From contig CAZCFB010000006.1 of assembly GCA_964497805.1 (NCBI GenBank), forward strand, positions 1,251-65,250: DNA of 64,000 nt, given 5' to 3'. Below are positions 9,007-18,097 of the stretch, in pieces. Every line of letters begins with the position of its first letter. The stretch's first letter is position 1. Under the pieces are notes generated by a model. The model made no database searches and was not told where the DNA came from. It was given only the letters and a program-made list of their open reading frames with translations. The translations under genes were made by a program, and so were the position numbers. Source of the stretch: an uncultured Kofleriaceae bacterium. GTDB taxonomy: Bacteria; Myxococcota_A; Polyangia; GCA-2747355; CAZCFB01.

Positions 9007-12000
9007 CAACCAGGGCGCTCTCCTGCTGGTGGCCGACGTGCAGCGGTTCTGCACCCATGACGGGCCGGGCCTGCGCACGGTGGTCTTCCTCAAGGGGTGC
9101 CCCCTGAGCTGCCGCTGGTGCCAGAACCCCGAGACCATCTCCCCCCGACCGGAGATCGCCTTTTACGCCCACCGGTGCGCCGGCTGCCAGAGGTGCGTGG
9201 ACGTGTGCGAGGCGGGGGCGCTCTCACCCCGGAGCTTCCCGTTGCAGCGTGACCGGTGCCGGGCGTGCGGCGCCTGCGCGCGCGTGTGCCCCCACGAGGC
9301 GCGGAGGCTGGTTGGGGAGCGCGTGAGCGCGGAGCGGCTGGCGAAACAGGTCCTGGCGGATCAGGCGTTCTTCCAGGCCTCGGGGGGCGGGCTCACCCTC
9401 TCGGGCGGAGAGCCGCTGGTCCAGCACCGCGCCGCAGCCAGGCTGCTCCAGCTGTGCAAGGACGTTGGAATCCACACGGTGATCGAGACCAGCGGCGCGG
9501 TGAGCTGGGCCGCGTTCCAGGCTGTGCTGCCCCACACCGACCAGTTCTTCCTCGACATCAAGGCGGGCGGGCCCGGCCTCCACGGGGAGCTCACCGGCAG
9601 CGACGGGCAGCAGGTGCGCGCCAACGCGCTCCGGCTGTTGGAGGCCGGCGCCGAGGTCACCTTCCGTATGCCGGTGGTGCCGGGGCACAACGACAGCGAG
9701 CGGAGCGTGGCCTCGGTGGCCCAGTTTCTCCTGGAGCTGGGCCGGCGGGAGGTGCGCCTGCTGCGCTACCACGCTGGGGGCCAGGCCAAGGCGGCGGCGA
9801 TCGAGAGCGAGCTGCCCGGTCTGGAGATCAACGCGGAAGAGGCCGACCGCGCGCTCGCCCGGGTGGCCAGGCTGATGTCAGCCCACGGGGTGGAGGCGCG
9901 AGTGGAGGGGGAGGCGCGGCCAGTGGAGCAGGCGCCGGCCTCCGAAGATCCGTTCACCCCTCGGGTGCGGCGGCTGCGGGACACGGTGCAGGCCACCAGG
10001 CCGGGGGTCTGCGCCGAGCGGGCCCGCATCGTCACCGGCTACCACAAGGATCGCGTCAACCGGAACAAGCCGGCGGTCATCCAGCGGGCCGAGGCCCTGT
10101 GCCAGGTGCTCCGCCGGCGCACCGCGAAGATCTATCCGGACGAGCTGCTCGTGGGCAACTTCAGCTCGCGGCGGGTGGGCGGCTCGATCTTTCCCGAGCT
10201 GCACGGCGTGGCCCAGCTGCTGGACCTGCACAAGCTACAGACCCGTGAGGTGAACCCGCTGGAGATTCGCCCGGAGGATCGCGCCGCCCTGGTCCGCGAG
10301 GTGCTCCCCTTCTGGGCCACCCGCCACCTGGCCGCCCGCGCCTTCCCCCTCCACCAGGCGCCCGGCTTCTACAGGGAGTCTCTCGACTCCCAGAAGTACC
10401 TGATCAACGAGGCCAGCGGCATCTCTCACTTCGTGCCCGACTACGAATTGCTGCTGCGCGAAGGGACCAGGGGCATCGCGCGGCAAGCGGCTCGGCGACG
10501 GGAGCGCGCGGCGGATCAGGCCTCGCGTGATTTCTATCTCGCCGTACAGATCGTGTGCAGGGGCGTGGAGGCCATGGCCGCCAACCTGGCGCGGGAGGCT
10601 CGGGACATGGCCCCGCGGGAAGGCGACGCGGCGCGGAGGTCCGAGCTGGAGGAGATCGCCCGGACCTGCCAGCGGGTCCCGGCCCAACCCGCCGCGACCC
10701 TGCGCCAGGCGCTCCAGTCGTTGCTGCTGGTTCAGATCGCCCTGAACCAGGAGAGCCTGGACAACAGCGTCTGCCCGGGGCGGCTGGACCAGCTGCTCTG
10801 GCCCTACTACCAGGCCGACCTGGATCGCGGCGAATTGACGCGCCGGGACGCGGCCGAGCTCATCGGCTGCTTCACCGTCAAGATGAGCGAGATCATCCCG
10901 GTCTTCTCCAGCTACGTCACCCGGTTCCACGGCGGCATGTTCAACGGCCAGGTGGTGGTGGTTGGCGGCCAGGACCGGGACGGGAAAGACGCGGAGAACG
11001 AGCTGACCCACATCTTCCTCGACGTCATGGAGCGGCTGCGGATGCGGCAGCCCAACTTCCACGCGCGCCTGCACCGGGGGAGCACCGACGGCTACGTGCG
11101 GCGGGTGGCCGCCGTGCTGCGTGGCGGGAGCGGCGCCCCCTCGCTCATGAACGACGAGGTGGTGGTGCCCATGCTGCGCTCCCGGGGCATGACCCGCGGC
11201 GACGCCCTGGACTACAGCCCGGTGGGGTGCGTGGAGCCGGTCTCGTGCGGCCGAACCTTCGGGTCCACCGACGCCGCGCTCACCAACGTTGCCCGCTGCC
11301 TGGAGTGGGCCCTGGGCACACGGCGGGGCGGCGCGCGCACCCCTGCTCCCGGCGAGCTCTCCTCGGCGGACGCCCTGTTCAGCGCGTTCGAGGCGCAGGT
11401 GGAGCACCTGGTGGCGAGGCTCATGCGGCACCTCCAGCCCATCGAGTTGGCCAACGCCCGGTTCCACCCCACGCCGCTGACCTCTGCCCTGCTGCAGGGC
11501 TGCCTTCAGGCGGGGCGCGACGCATCGGCCGGCGGCGCGCGCTACAACGCCAGCGGGGTCCAGGCCGTGGGGCTGGTGGATGTGGCCGACTCCCTGGCGG
11601 CGGTGGCCGAGGTGGTCTTCCAGGCCAGGCTGTGCAGCATGGCCACCCTGATCCGGGCGCTGAAGAGGAACTTCGCCGGGTACGGCTGGCTCCAGGGGCA
11701 CCTGGCGCGGGCGCCCAAGTTCGGCAACGACGAGCTCGTGGTGGATGGCTGGGCCGACGCGGTGATGGGGGCCTTCGCCGGCGCCCTGTCCCGGTACGAG
11801 AACACCCGGGGCGGGCCCTACCTGGCCGGTTTCTATTCGGTGACCAGCCACGCGGCCTTCGGCGAGCATGTGGGCGCGCTCCCCTCGGGGCGGCCGGCGG
11901 GGGCGCCCCTGGCCAACGGCCTGTCTCCGGCCGACGGCATGGATCGGCAGGGCCCCACGGCGGCGCTCAGCTCGGTGGCCCGCCTGGACCTGGTGGGCAA

Positions 12001-12295
12001 GGCGAAGAACGGGATCACCGTCAACCTGAAGCTGGATCCCACGGCCCTGCCGGGGGGGGAGGAGGGCGTGGACGCGGTGTCCTCTCTGATCCGCGGTTAC
12101 GCCGGGGCGGGGGGGATGCAGGTCCAGCTCAACGTGATGGATCCCGCTGTGCTGCAGGAGGCGAAGGAGCACCCGGAGCGGCACCCCTGGCTGCTGGTGC
12201 GGGTCTCGGGCTACAGCGCCTACTTCGCGGACCTGGCGCCGGGGGTGCAGCAGGAGCTCATCGATCGGACCTGCCACAGGGGCGCGCTGAGCTGA
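8996..12295 (+). CDS. Fusion protein: glycyl-radical-enzyme activating enzyme (aa 1-~300) joined to a PFL2-class glycyl radical enzyme (aa ~320-1099)
   Basis: The activase part has GCPLSCRWCQNPE (CX3CX2C at C35/C39/C42), two ferredoxin-like motifs (CAGCQRCVDVC, CRACGACARVC) and GGEPL. An Ala/Glu/Pro linker spans about aa 301-319. The GRE part has the catalytic loop VGCVEP (Cys745, codon 11228-11230) and the glycyl radical motif RVSGYSAYF (Gly1072, codon 12209-12211). It is one uninterrupted 1099-codon frame. Confidence 0.85.
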   Translation: MQPDNQGALLLVADVQRFCTHDGPGLRTVVFLKGCPLSCRWCQNPETISPRPEIAFYAHRCAGCQRCVDVCEAGALSPRSFPLQRDRCRACGACARVCPHEARRLVGERVSAERLAKQVLADQAFFQASGGGLTLSGGEPLVQHRAAARLLQLCKDVGIHTVIETSGAVSWAAFQAVLPHTDQFFLDIKAGGPGLHGELTGSDGQQVRANALRLLEAGAEVTFRMPVVPGHNDSERSVASVAQFLLELGRREVRLLRYHAGGQAKAAAIESELPGLEINAEEADRALARVARLMSAHGVEARVEGEARPVEQAPASEDPFTPRVRRLRDTVQATRPGVCAERARIVTGYHKDRVNRNKPAVIQRAEALCQVLRRRTAKIYPDELLVGNFSSRRVGGSIFPELHGVAQLLDLHKLQTREVNPLEIRPEDRAALVREVLPFWATRHLAARAFPLHQAPGFYRESLDSQKYLINEASGISHFVPDYELLLREGTRGIARQAARRRERAADQASRDFYLAVQIVCRGVEAMAANLAREARDMAPREGDAARRSELEEIARTCQRVPAQPAATLRQALQSLLLVQIALNQESLDNSVCPGRLDQLLWPYYQADLDRGELTRRDAAELIGCFTVKMSEIIPVFSSYVTRFHGGMFNGQVVVVGGQDRDGKDAENELTHIFLDVMERLRMRQPNFHARLHRGSTDGYVRRVAAVLRGGSGAPSLMNDEVVVPMLRSRGMTRGDALDYSPVGCVEPVSCGRTFGSTDAALTNVARCLEWALGTRRGGARTPAPGELSSADALFSAFEAQVEHLVARLMRHLQPIELANARFHPTPLTSALLQGCLQAGRDASAGGARYNASGVQAVGLVDVADSLAAVAEVVFQARLCSMATLIRALKRNFAGYGWLQGHLARAPKFGNDELVVDGWADAVMGAFAGALSRYENTRGGPYLAGFYSVTSHAAFGEHVGALPSGRPAGAPLANGLSPADGMDRQGPTAALSSVARLDLVGKAKNGITVNLKLDPTALPGGEEGVDAVSSLIRGYAGAGGMQVQLNVMDPAVLQEAKEHPERHPWLLVRVSGYSAYFADLAPGVQQELIDRTCHRGALS

Positions 12296-12301
12296 GGGCC
12301 A

Positions 12302-14038
12302 TCAGGTGGGGCCAGCTTCCCACATCTCCTTGTAGCGCGGGCATGACGCCAGCAGCTCCTGGTGGGAGCCGGAGGCCAGGACCTTGCCCTGGTCCAGCAC
12401 CAGGATCTTGGGGTAGTCGCTCACTGCCGCCAGGTGGTGGGTGGCCGCCACCACGGTGCGCCCCTCGGAGAGGTTCTTGATGGCGCGCTGCACCGCCTGC
12501 TCGCTGGCCGGATCGATGGCCGCGGTGGCCTCGTCCAGCAGCACCAGGGGCGGGGCCTTGAGCAGGGCGCGGGCCAGGCAGATGCGCTGGAGTTGGCCCA
12601 CCGACAGCTCCCGTCCGCCCGGGCCGATGGGGGTGTCGTAGCCCCGGGGCAGGGCCTCCACCTCGTCGTGGACCAGGCAGCGTTCAGCCGCGGCCCGGAT
12701 CTCTTCCCGCGTGGCCTGGGGCCGGCCGTAGGCGATGTTGTCCGCCACCGAGGCCGCGAAGACGAAGGGGGTCTGGGTGACGTAGGCCATCATGCTGCGT
12801 ACGTCGTCCAGGCAGAGCCGGCGCAGGTCGGCGCCGTCGACCAGGACCTCCCCCGCGTCGGGATCAACCAGCCGGGCCAGCAGGTTGAGGGTGGTGGTCT
12901 TGCCCGCGCCGGAGGGGCCCACAAGGGCCAGGCGCTCGCCCTTGCGGATGGAGAATGAGACGCCATCCAGGGCCGGCTGGTCGCCCAGGGTGACGCTCAC
13001 GTTTCGCACCTGAACCTCCTCGGGGGAGGCCTCGACGGGCAGCGCGTCCGGCTGGTCTGTGATGGCCGGTTCCTGGGCAAGCAGCTCGTCCAGGCGCCGC
13101 AGCGAGGGGAGGCTCGAGCCCACGAAGACCCAGCGCTGGTTCATGATGTCCAGGGGGCGGTGGATGGAGCGGAGGGCCACCAGGAAGGCCACCAACGTGG
13201 GCGCGTCCAGGGCGCCGCGGCTGACCTGGTAGCCGCCCAGCGCGATTGCCAGCACCACGGAGAGCCCGCCCAACGCCTCGAAGATGCTCGAGGCCAGGGC
13301 GCGGTCACGAAGCACCGCGTGCTGGTCATCCTGCCAGCGCCTGGCCGACGCAAGGCCCAGCTCCACGGCGCGCTCCTTGGCGCCGTACCCCTCGATGGTG
13401 CGGATGCCGCCCAGCAGCTCCATGAGGGTGTCGATGAGGCGAAAGCGGCTCGCCCGGGCCTCCTGGGCCGTGGCCAGCAGGCGCCGGCCGAGCAGCACGG
13501 TGGGCAGGGCCGCGGCGGGCAGCACCAGCAGGCACCAGAGGGTCAAGCCCGGGCTCAGGCGCACCAGGGCCAGCAGCACCCCGGCGGCCAGGACCCCCTC
13601 GGTGAGGGCCTGGATCCCGGCCAGCACCACGCCCCGGGCGGCGATGATGTCGGTGCGCACCGCGTCCACCAGGTCACCGCGGGAGTGGGCCTGGATATAG
13701 GGCAAGGAGAGGTGGAGCAGGTGGGTCATCACCCGGGTGAGCAGCCCGCGCTCCACCTGCTTGGCCGCGGCGTGCTGTGCCCGCGTGGCGGCGTAGGCCA
13801 TGGCGCTGGCCGCCAGGTAGAGCAGCAGGGTGGCGCCGGCGATGAGGGGCAATCCCCTGAACGGGTCCCCTGTCTCCCCGGTGGCCTCCAGCGCCCCGGT
13901 CAGCAGGTCCCGGATCAAGAAGAGCACAGTGACCCAGCATGCGGCGCGGCCAACGGCCAACAGTATGGCCCCCGCCACCAGGGGCCAGCGTCGGGTGAGC
14001 TCCTGGCGGGTCAGGGTGGCTACAGCAGCGCGCGGCAT
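12302..14038 (-). CDS. ABC exporter, fused permease + ATPase (MsbA-like type I exporter)
   Basis: The N-terminal half is a ~6-TM domain. It has Walker A GPSGAGKTT, signature LSVGQLQR and Walker B LVLLDEAT. Its start overlaps the upstream gene. Confidence 0.9.
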   Translation of the reverse strand: MPRAAVATLTRQELTRRWPLVAGAILLAVGRAACWVTVLFLIRDLLTGALEATGETGDPFRGLPLIAGATLLLYLAASAMAYAATRAQHAAAKQVERGLLTRVMTHLLHLSLPYIQAHSRGDLVDAVRTDIIAARGVVLAGIQALTEGVLAAGVLLALVRLSPGLTLWCLLVLPAAALPTVLLGRRLLATAQEARASRFRLIDTLMELLGGIRTIEGYGAKERAVELGLASARRWQDDQHAVLRDRALASSIFEALGGLSVVLAIALGGYQVSRGALDAPTLVAFLVALRSIHRPLDIMNQRWVFVGSSLPSLRRLDELLAQEPAITDQPDALPVEASPEEVQVRNVSVTLGDQPALDGVSFSIRKGERLALVGPSGAGKTTTLNLLARLVDPDAGEVLVDGADLRRLCLDDVRSMMAYVTQTPFVFAASVADNIAYGRPQATREEIRAAAERCLVHDEVEALPRGYDTPIGPGGRELSVGQLQRICLARALLKAPPLVLLDEATAAIDPASEQAVQRAIKNLSEGRTVVAATHHLAAVSDYPKILVLDQGKVLASGSHQELLASCPRYKEMWEAGPT

Positions 14039-15558
14039 CGGTCCAGCATATCAAGGGAAGCGCCCCGGTACGCCTCCAACAGGGAGCGGTTGGTTGGGGC
14101 GGCCGGGGAGGTGCGGGCGAGGCTGCTCAGCGCGCGGGTCATGTCGTCGTCGGGGAAGGCGTCCCGGTGAGCCTCCAGGATCTCCGAGCCCACTGTCACC
14201 GGCCCGCCGCCAGCCAGGTACACCCTGTAGGACGCGAGGCTGAGGAGCGGGTTGAGGCAGGCGGCGAAGGGGCGCCCGAGGTGGTGGTCCAGGCTGGCGC
14301 GCAACACATGGCAGCGCTCCACCGTGAGGCGGCGGTCCATGGCCAGGCGGATGATCCCGGGCGGAGGTGGCCCCGGGGCTGGTGGGGCGGGGCAAGCCCC
14401 CACGGGCAGGTGGGTGCGGCGGAGGTGAAAGCTCTCCAGGGCGTAGTTGGCGCCGCACAGGCCCATGAGCGCGGCCCAGGTGTGCGGCCCCATGATCCGG
14501 GGCTGCACCCTGGCCCGGGTGCGGTTGAGCAGACCGCCGGCCGCGGCCATGGTCCGCGCATACTCACCGGGGTCCTCCTCCGTGAGCACCAGGCAGAGCC
14601 CCAGGGCCGGATCGTCGTGGACCGGGCCAGCGGGCCCGAGCAGGTGGGAGCGTGGGTAGAGCAGGGCGGCCACCCGTTGGGGGAGCCTCCGGGCCAGCTC
14701 GTGGGCCAGGCTGGTGGCCAGCGCAGGGGGCGCCGCCCGGCCAGGCAGCAGGGGCTCGGCGCAGTGGAGATCAACCAGGCGCGCGTTGTACCTGTCCAGG
14801 GCCCAGAGCAGGTGGTAGCCCAGGCGCGCGCGCAGGTCCGCGGCCTCCTCGGCAGCGGCAAACCCATCGGTCCGGTCCAGGCGGTCCAGGAGGCGCCGCA
14901 GACCGTGGTCAGGATCTAGCGACTCCATCCCTGGCGCGCCTTGCAGGTGGCACAGGCAGCGGACCATCTTGTGGGCCAGACGCAGCTCCGAGCCGAGGTA
15001 GCCAGCCGGGGCCTTGGCGTCACGCCACAGCTTCGGGTGCAGGTGCTTGTCCAGCAGGCCGTGGAGGTCCGGGGAGGCGGGCGCCCGCCTGGGCGGCGAC
15101 GGCTCCCAGCTGCGGATCAGGTGGCGCACCTCCTCGCCGAACACCAGGGTCCAGCGCCGCGGCGGCGCGTTGGGGTGCAGGGCGATGGCCCGCCAGCCAA
15201 GGTCAGGCAGGGCCAGATCCTCCTCGGTGAACACCGGCACTGTGCCGGGGCTGGTGGAGAGGAAGGGGAACACCCGGCCCAGCGCCTTCAGCTCCCGCCA
15301 GAAGGATTCCAGCGAGCGGGCCTGCAGCTGGGGAGGATCGCCGTGCAGCACGAGGAGGAGGTCCAGGTCGCTGCTCCCCGGCATCCACTGCCGGGCGTGG
15401 TAGTCCCGCGGGATGTAGAGGGAACGCACCGACGGGATGCGGGCGCACACCCTGGAGAGGGCGGCCAGACAGGCGTCGTAGGGCAGGGCCGTGAGCCGGC
15501 GCATGCCGGGGTTGCGGTTGAGGCGCAGGGTGGCGTTGATGAGCCCCCGCCGGATCAT
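14020..15558 (-). CDS. Nucleotidyltransferase-fold protein (hypothetical, 512 aa)
   Basis: GSSDLDLLLVLHG fits the G[SG]...D[IL]D motif of polymerase-beta-type nucleotidyltransferases. The rest has no motif I recognise. Confidence 0.45.
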   Translation of the reverse strand: MIRRGLINATLRLNRNPGMRRLTALPYDACLAALSRVCARIPSVRSLYIPRDYHARQWMPGSSDLDLLLVLHGDPPQLQARSLESFWRELKALGRVFPFLSTSPGTVPVFTEEDLALPDLGWRAIALHPNAPPRRWTLVFGEEVRHLIRSWEPSPPRRAPASPDLHGLLDKHLHPKLWRDAKAPAGYLGSELRLAHKMVRCLCHLQGAPGMESLDPDHGLRRLLDRLDRTDGFAAAEEAADLRARLGYHLLWALDRYNARLVDLHCAEPLLPGRAAPPALATSLAHELARRLPQRVAALLYPRSHLLGPAGPVHDDPALGLCLVLTEEDPGEYARTMAAAGGLLNRTRARVQPRIMGPHTWAALMGLCGANYALESFHLRRTHLPVGACPAPPAPGPPPPGIIRLAMDRRLTVERCHVLRASLDHHLGRPFAACLNPLLSLASYRVYLAGGGPVTVGSEILEAHRDAFPDDDMTRALSSLARTSPAAPTNRSLLEAYRGASLDMLDRCRALL

Positions 15559-16364
15559 CGGGGCACCTCTCCTCGGCGGGCCAGGTCCGCGAACCGGTGC
15601 TGGCGCAGGGCCGCGGGCAGCCGCTCAAGGTCCACGCGCTCGGTGCGAGGCCACCGATCAGGCTCCTTGTGGAACAGCCGCGTGGTGTCCGGGGTCCAGC
15701 CCAGCCACTTGTCCTGGTACCAACCCTGGCTCACCTCGGCGCTGTGGCCGAAGGTGTTGATCTTCTCCCACATGCGCGCGTCGGTCTGCACATAGCCGGC
15801 GTGCCAGTAGCGCAGGTCGTCGGGCAGGTCCACCCGGGATCCCGTGGGCACGCGCCAGGCCACGAACCTGCTCTCATCTGTGATGTGGAGCGCCACCGGG
15901 AGCCGGGTCTCCCGCCCCCCCGCCACCCGCCTGTCCAGGCCGCGGAACAGGTGGTTGGCCCGGCCCCAGTACACCCGGTCTCTGGAGGGGGCGGCCCCGG
16001 CGATGGCCCGAACGCGCCCCAGGGCGCCGGCAGGGTAGAACTCATCCGCGTCCACGATGAGGCAGAGCCCGGCGCCCAGCTCCCGCGCCAGATCCAGGCC
16101 CGCGTCGCGCATGGGCTCCTCCGCCTCCCAGCGCCCACGCACCACGCTCAGCCCGGGCATCCGCGCCGCCGCTCGGGCCAGGATCTCCGCGGTCCCATCC
16201 GGCGCGCCGAATTGCTGGCGGGCCTCGGGGTTGTAGGCGGAGAAGGGCGCGTCCGAATAGACCACCACCATGTGCTCCACCTCGGGGGCCAGCGCCTCAA
16301 GGCAGGGGCCAAGGTACTCCTCCTGGTTGTAGGCCAGCACCAGGGCCGCGGCGGTCAGGGACAT
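15555..16364 (-). CDS. Glycosyltransferase family 2-like protein
   Basis: ALVLAYNQEEYLGPCLEAL at the N-terminus and an LIVDADEFY DxD-type motif. It has a 4-nt overlap with the downstream gene. Confidence 0.55.
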   Translation of the reverse strand: MSLTAAALVLAYNQEEYLGPCLEALAPEVEHMVVVYSDAPFSAYNPEARQQFGAPDGTAEILARAAARMPGLSVVRGRWEAEEPMRDAGLDLARELGAGLCLIVDADEFYPAGALGRVRAIAGAAPSRDRVYWGRANHLFRGLDRRVAGGRETRLPVALHITDESRFVAWRVPTGSRVDLPDDLRYWHAGYVQTDARMWEKINTFGHSAEVSQGWYQDKWLGWTPDTTRLFHKEPDRWPRTERVDLERLPAALRQHRFADLARRGEVPR

Positions 16365-16416
16365 TCAGCCAGCGTACCCCAAACTCAGCGGCTAGGGAGG
16401 AACAGGGCGGTGATGT

Positions 16417-18045
16417 TCAGCGCGCTGACAGGATCGCCTTGAGGTTCAAGACATCCACATCCTCAGGAGCGGCGCGGGCCGCCATGTCCACCTGACGGAT
16501 GGCGTCATCCCTGTTCCGCTCGCGCAACGCGACAAGACCGAGGGTATAGCGGATGGAGCCCGCAGCTGCCCCCTCCTTCATGGCCTGATCGTACTGGGCC
16601 CGAGCTTTATCCCAGTTGTGCCCGGCGAACTCTTCATGGCCCTTACATGAATGAATGGCGGCATCATCCGAGAAGCCGCCGCACTTGAGTTCCCTGTTCC
16701 TTGGCGGCTGGTTCGTGAAGAACAGCCCGGGCCAACGATCCAGCCTGTGCGGATCCCCCTCCCGTAGAGGGACGGATTTGAACACCCGCGCCATGCTCTC
16801 CTCGGCGACCTTGATCAAACCAGCCCTGGCCAAACAGCGGGTGAAGATCTGGCCCAGGAGCTGGTGCCCCCGGGGGTTCGGGTGGCACCAGTCGAAGAAG
16901 AGATCCTGACCAGCCACTCCGTACTCGCCGTGGGCGTTGAGCAGGACCGCCGCGTCACACAGGGGCGCCTCCTCCTCCGCGGCCACCTGACGCACCATGT
17001 CCCGCAACAGCCGGTTGGACCGCTGGGGCGTTGGATCCAAGTACTCGGCCTCCAGCAGGGCCTCCGTGCCGATTTCCTTGAATCCCGCCCTTACCGCCAG
17101 CCTCCCCAGCATATGGAAGAAGTAGTTATCGTCCTCGCGGCGTCGCCCTTCCTCCAACATCTGGGCGATGCCCGCCCGGTCTTTTTCTCTGATCAGCTTG
17201 AGCAGCTTCTCCATGTGTGCGCGGTTTCGCGGAAACCCGTTGTGGCCCGGCGGCGATCCCAGGTAGAGCAGGTCGTCTGCCACGGTGGCCAGTAGAACAG
17301 GTACCCCCACGCGTTTCCCATACCGGACGATTTCACGGAGATCCCGCCGGTACAGGTCCGCGGCCAGCTGCCGGTCCGACTCGTTCATGATGGATGGCTT
17401 GTCATCGGGCCCACCGGGAGGCGGTCCCGTATGGTGCTCGGAAGAGGACTCCTCCTCGATCAGGGTCTTCCTCAGGAGGCGGTAGAGGCTCAGCCGCCAA
17501 AGCTGGTGACGCACCCGCTCCGAGGCCGCGCTGTAGCCTGGGTTGAGCTTCTTTCGAGCTGCCGGCTCCCAGAACTCGTTATTGCCGGAGAACATGATGA
17601 TCACGTCCGGCTTGAGCGAGGGCAACTGGAGGGGGAGTTGCCAGCGAATATGCCTGATGGCCTGACCGGCGGCGCCGTAGTTAAGCACCTCCACCGGCTT
17701 ACCAGGTAAGAGCCGAACCAGGTAGCGCTCCAGCCAGGCAGGAAAGGCCGTTTGCAAGCCGTAGGGCAGGCCCTCAACTGCAGATCCGCCATAGACGGCG
17801 ATGCGCAGCCCCGCCTTCTTGCTCCGGCATGGCCGCGGCGATCCTGTACCGCAGCCGGTCAGCCAGGCGGAGTCCTTTGCGGGGAGGGTCGCGGGCAGGT
17901 GATCGTAATGGCCGCCGAAGGGGGATGGGAGCAGGGTGACAGGGAGAGCGCTGGTGGCCTGGAGCGTCAACTCCACTGCCACGAACAGCAGGGCCGCCAC
18001 CATGAATCCCAGGCCGAGGCGGGTCACAAGCTCCTCTGCGCGCAT
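16417..18045 (-). CDS. SGNH/GDSL-family hydrolase (esterase/acyl-modifying) with a C-terminal TPR-like region
   Basis: N-terminal TM anchor. Block I is IAVYGGSAVEG, block III is MFSGNNEF and block V is FFDWCHPNPRGH (DxxH). The helical-repeat-like C-terminus contains KARAQYDQAMKEG...LGLVALRERNRDDAI. Confidence 0.7.
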   Translation of the reverse strand: MRAEELVTRLGLGFMVAALLFVAVELTLQATSALPVTLLPSPFGGHYDHLPATLPAKDSAWLTGCGTGSPRPCRSKKAGLRIAVYGGSAVEGLPYGLQTAFPAWLERYLVRLLPGKPVEVLNYGAAGQAIRHIRWQLPLQLPSLKPDVIIMFSGNNEFWEPAARKKLNPGYSAASERVRHQLWRLSLYRLLRKTLIEEESSSEHHTGPPPGGPDDKPSIMNESDRQLAADLYRRDLREIVRYGKRVGVPVLLATVADDLLYLGSPPGHNGFPRNRAHMEKLLKLIREKDRAGIAQMLEEGRRREDDNYFFHMLGRLAVRAGFKEIGTEALLEAEYLDPTPQRSNRLLRDMVRQVAAEEEAPLCDAAVLLNAHGEYGVAGQDLFFDWCHPNPRGHQLLGQIFTRCLARAGLIKVAEESMARVFKSVPLREGDPHRLDRWPGLFFTNQPPRNRELKCGGFSDDAAIHSCKGHEEFAGHNWDKARAQYDQAMKEGAAAGSIRYTLGLVALRERNRDDAIRQVDMAARAAPEDVDVLNLKAILSAR

Positions 18046-18097
18046 GATTCAGCCACACTAGAGCAGCGTCGGGAATGATGTCCAGATCGCATCATGG

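Noticed and set aside
10235-12277. A 680-aa ORF on the minus strand, and a 641-aa ORF at 10555-12480 (+) in another frame, both overlapping the GRE gene
   Set aside because: Long stop-free alternative frames like these are typical of ~70% GC DNA. The translations are Arg/Gly/Pro/Ala/His-rich low complexity with no motifs. The overlapping frame carries unmistakable GRE motifs.
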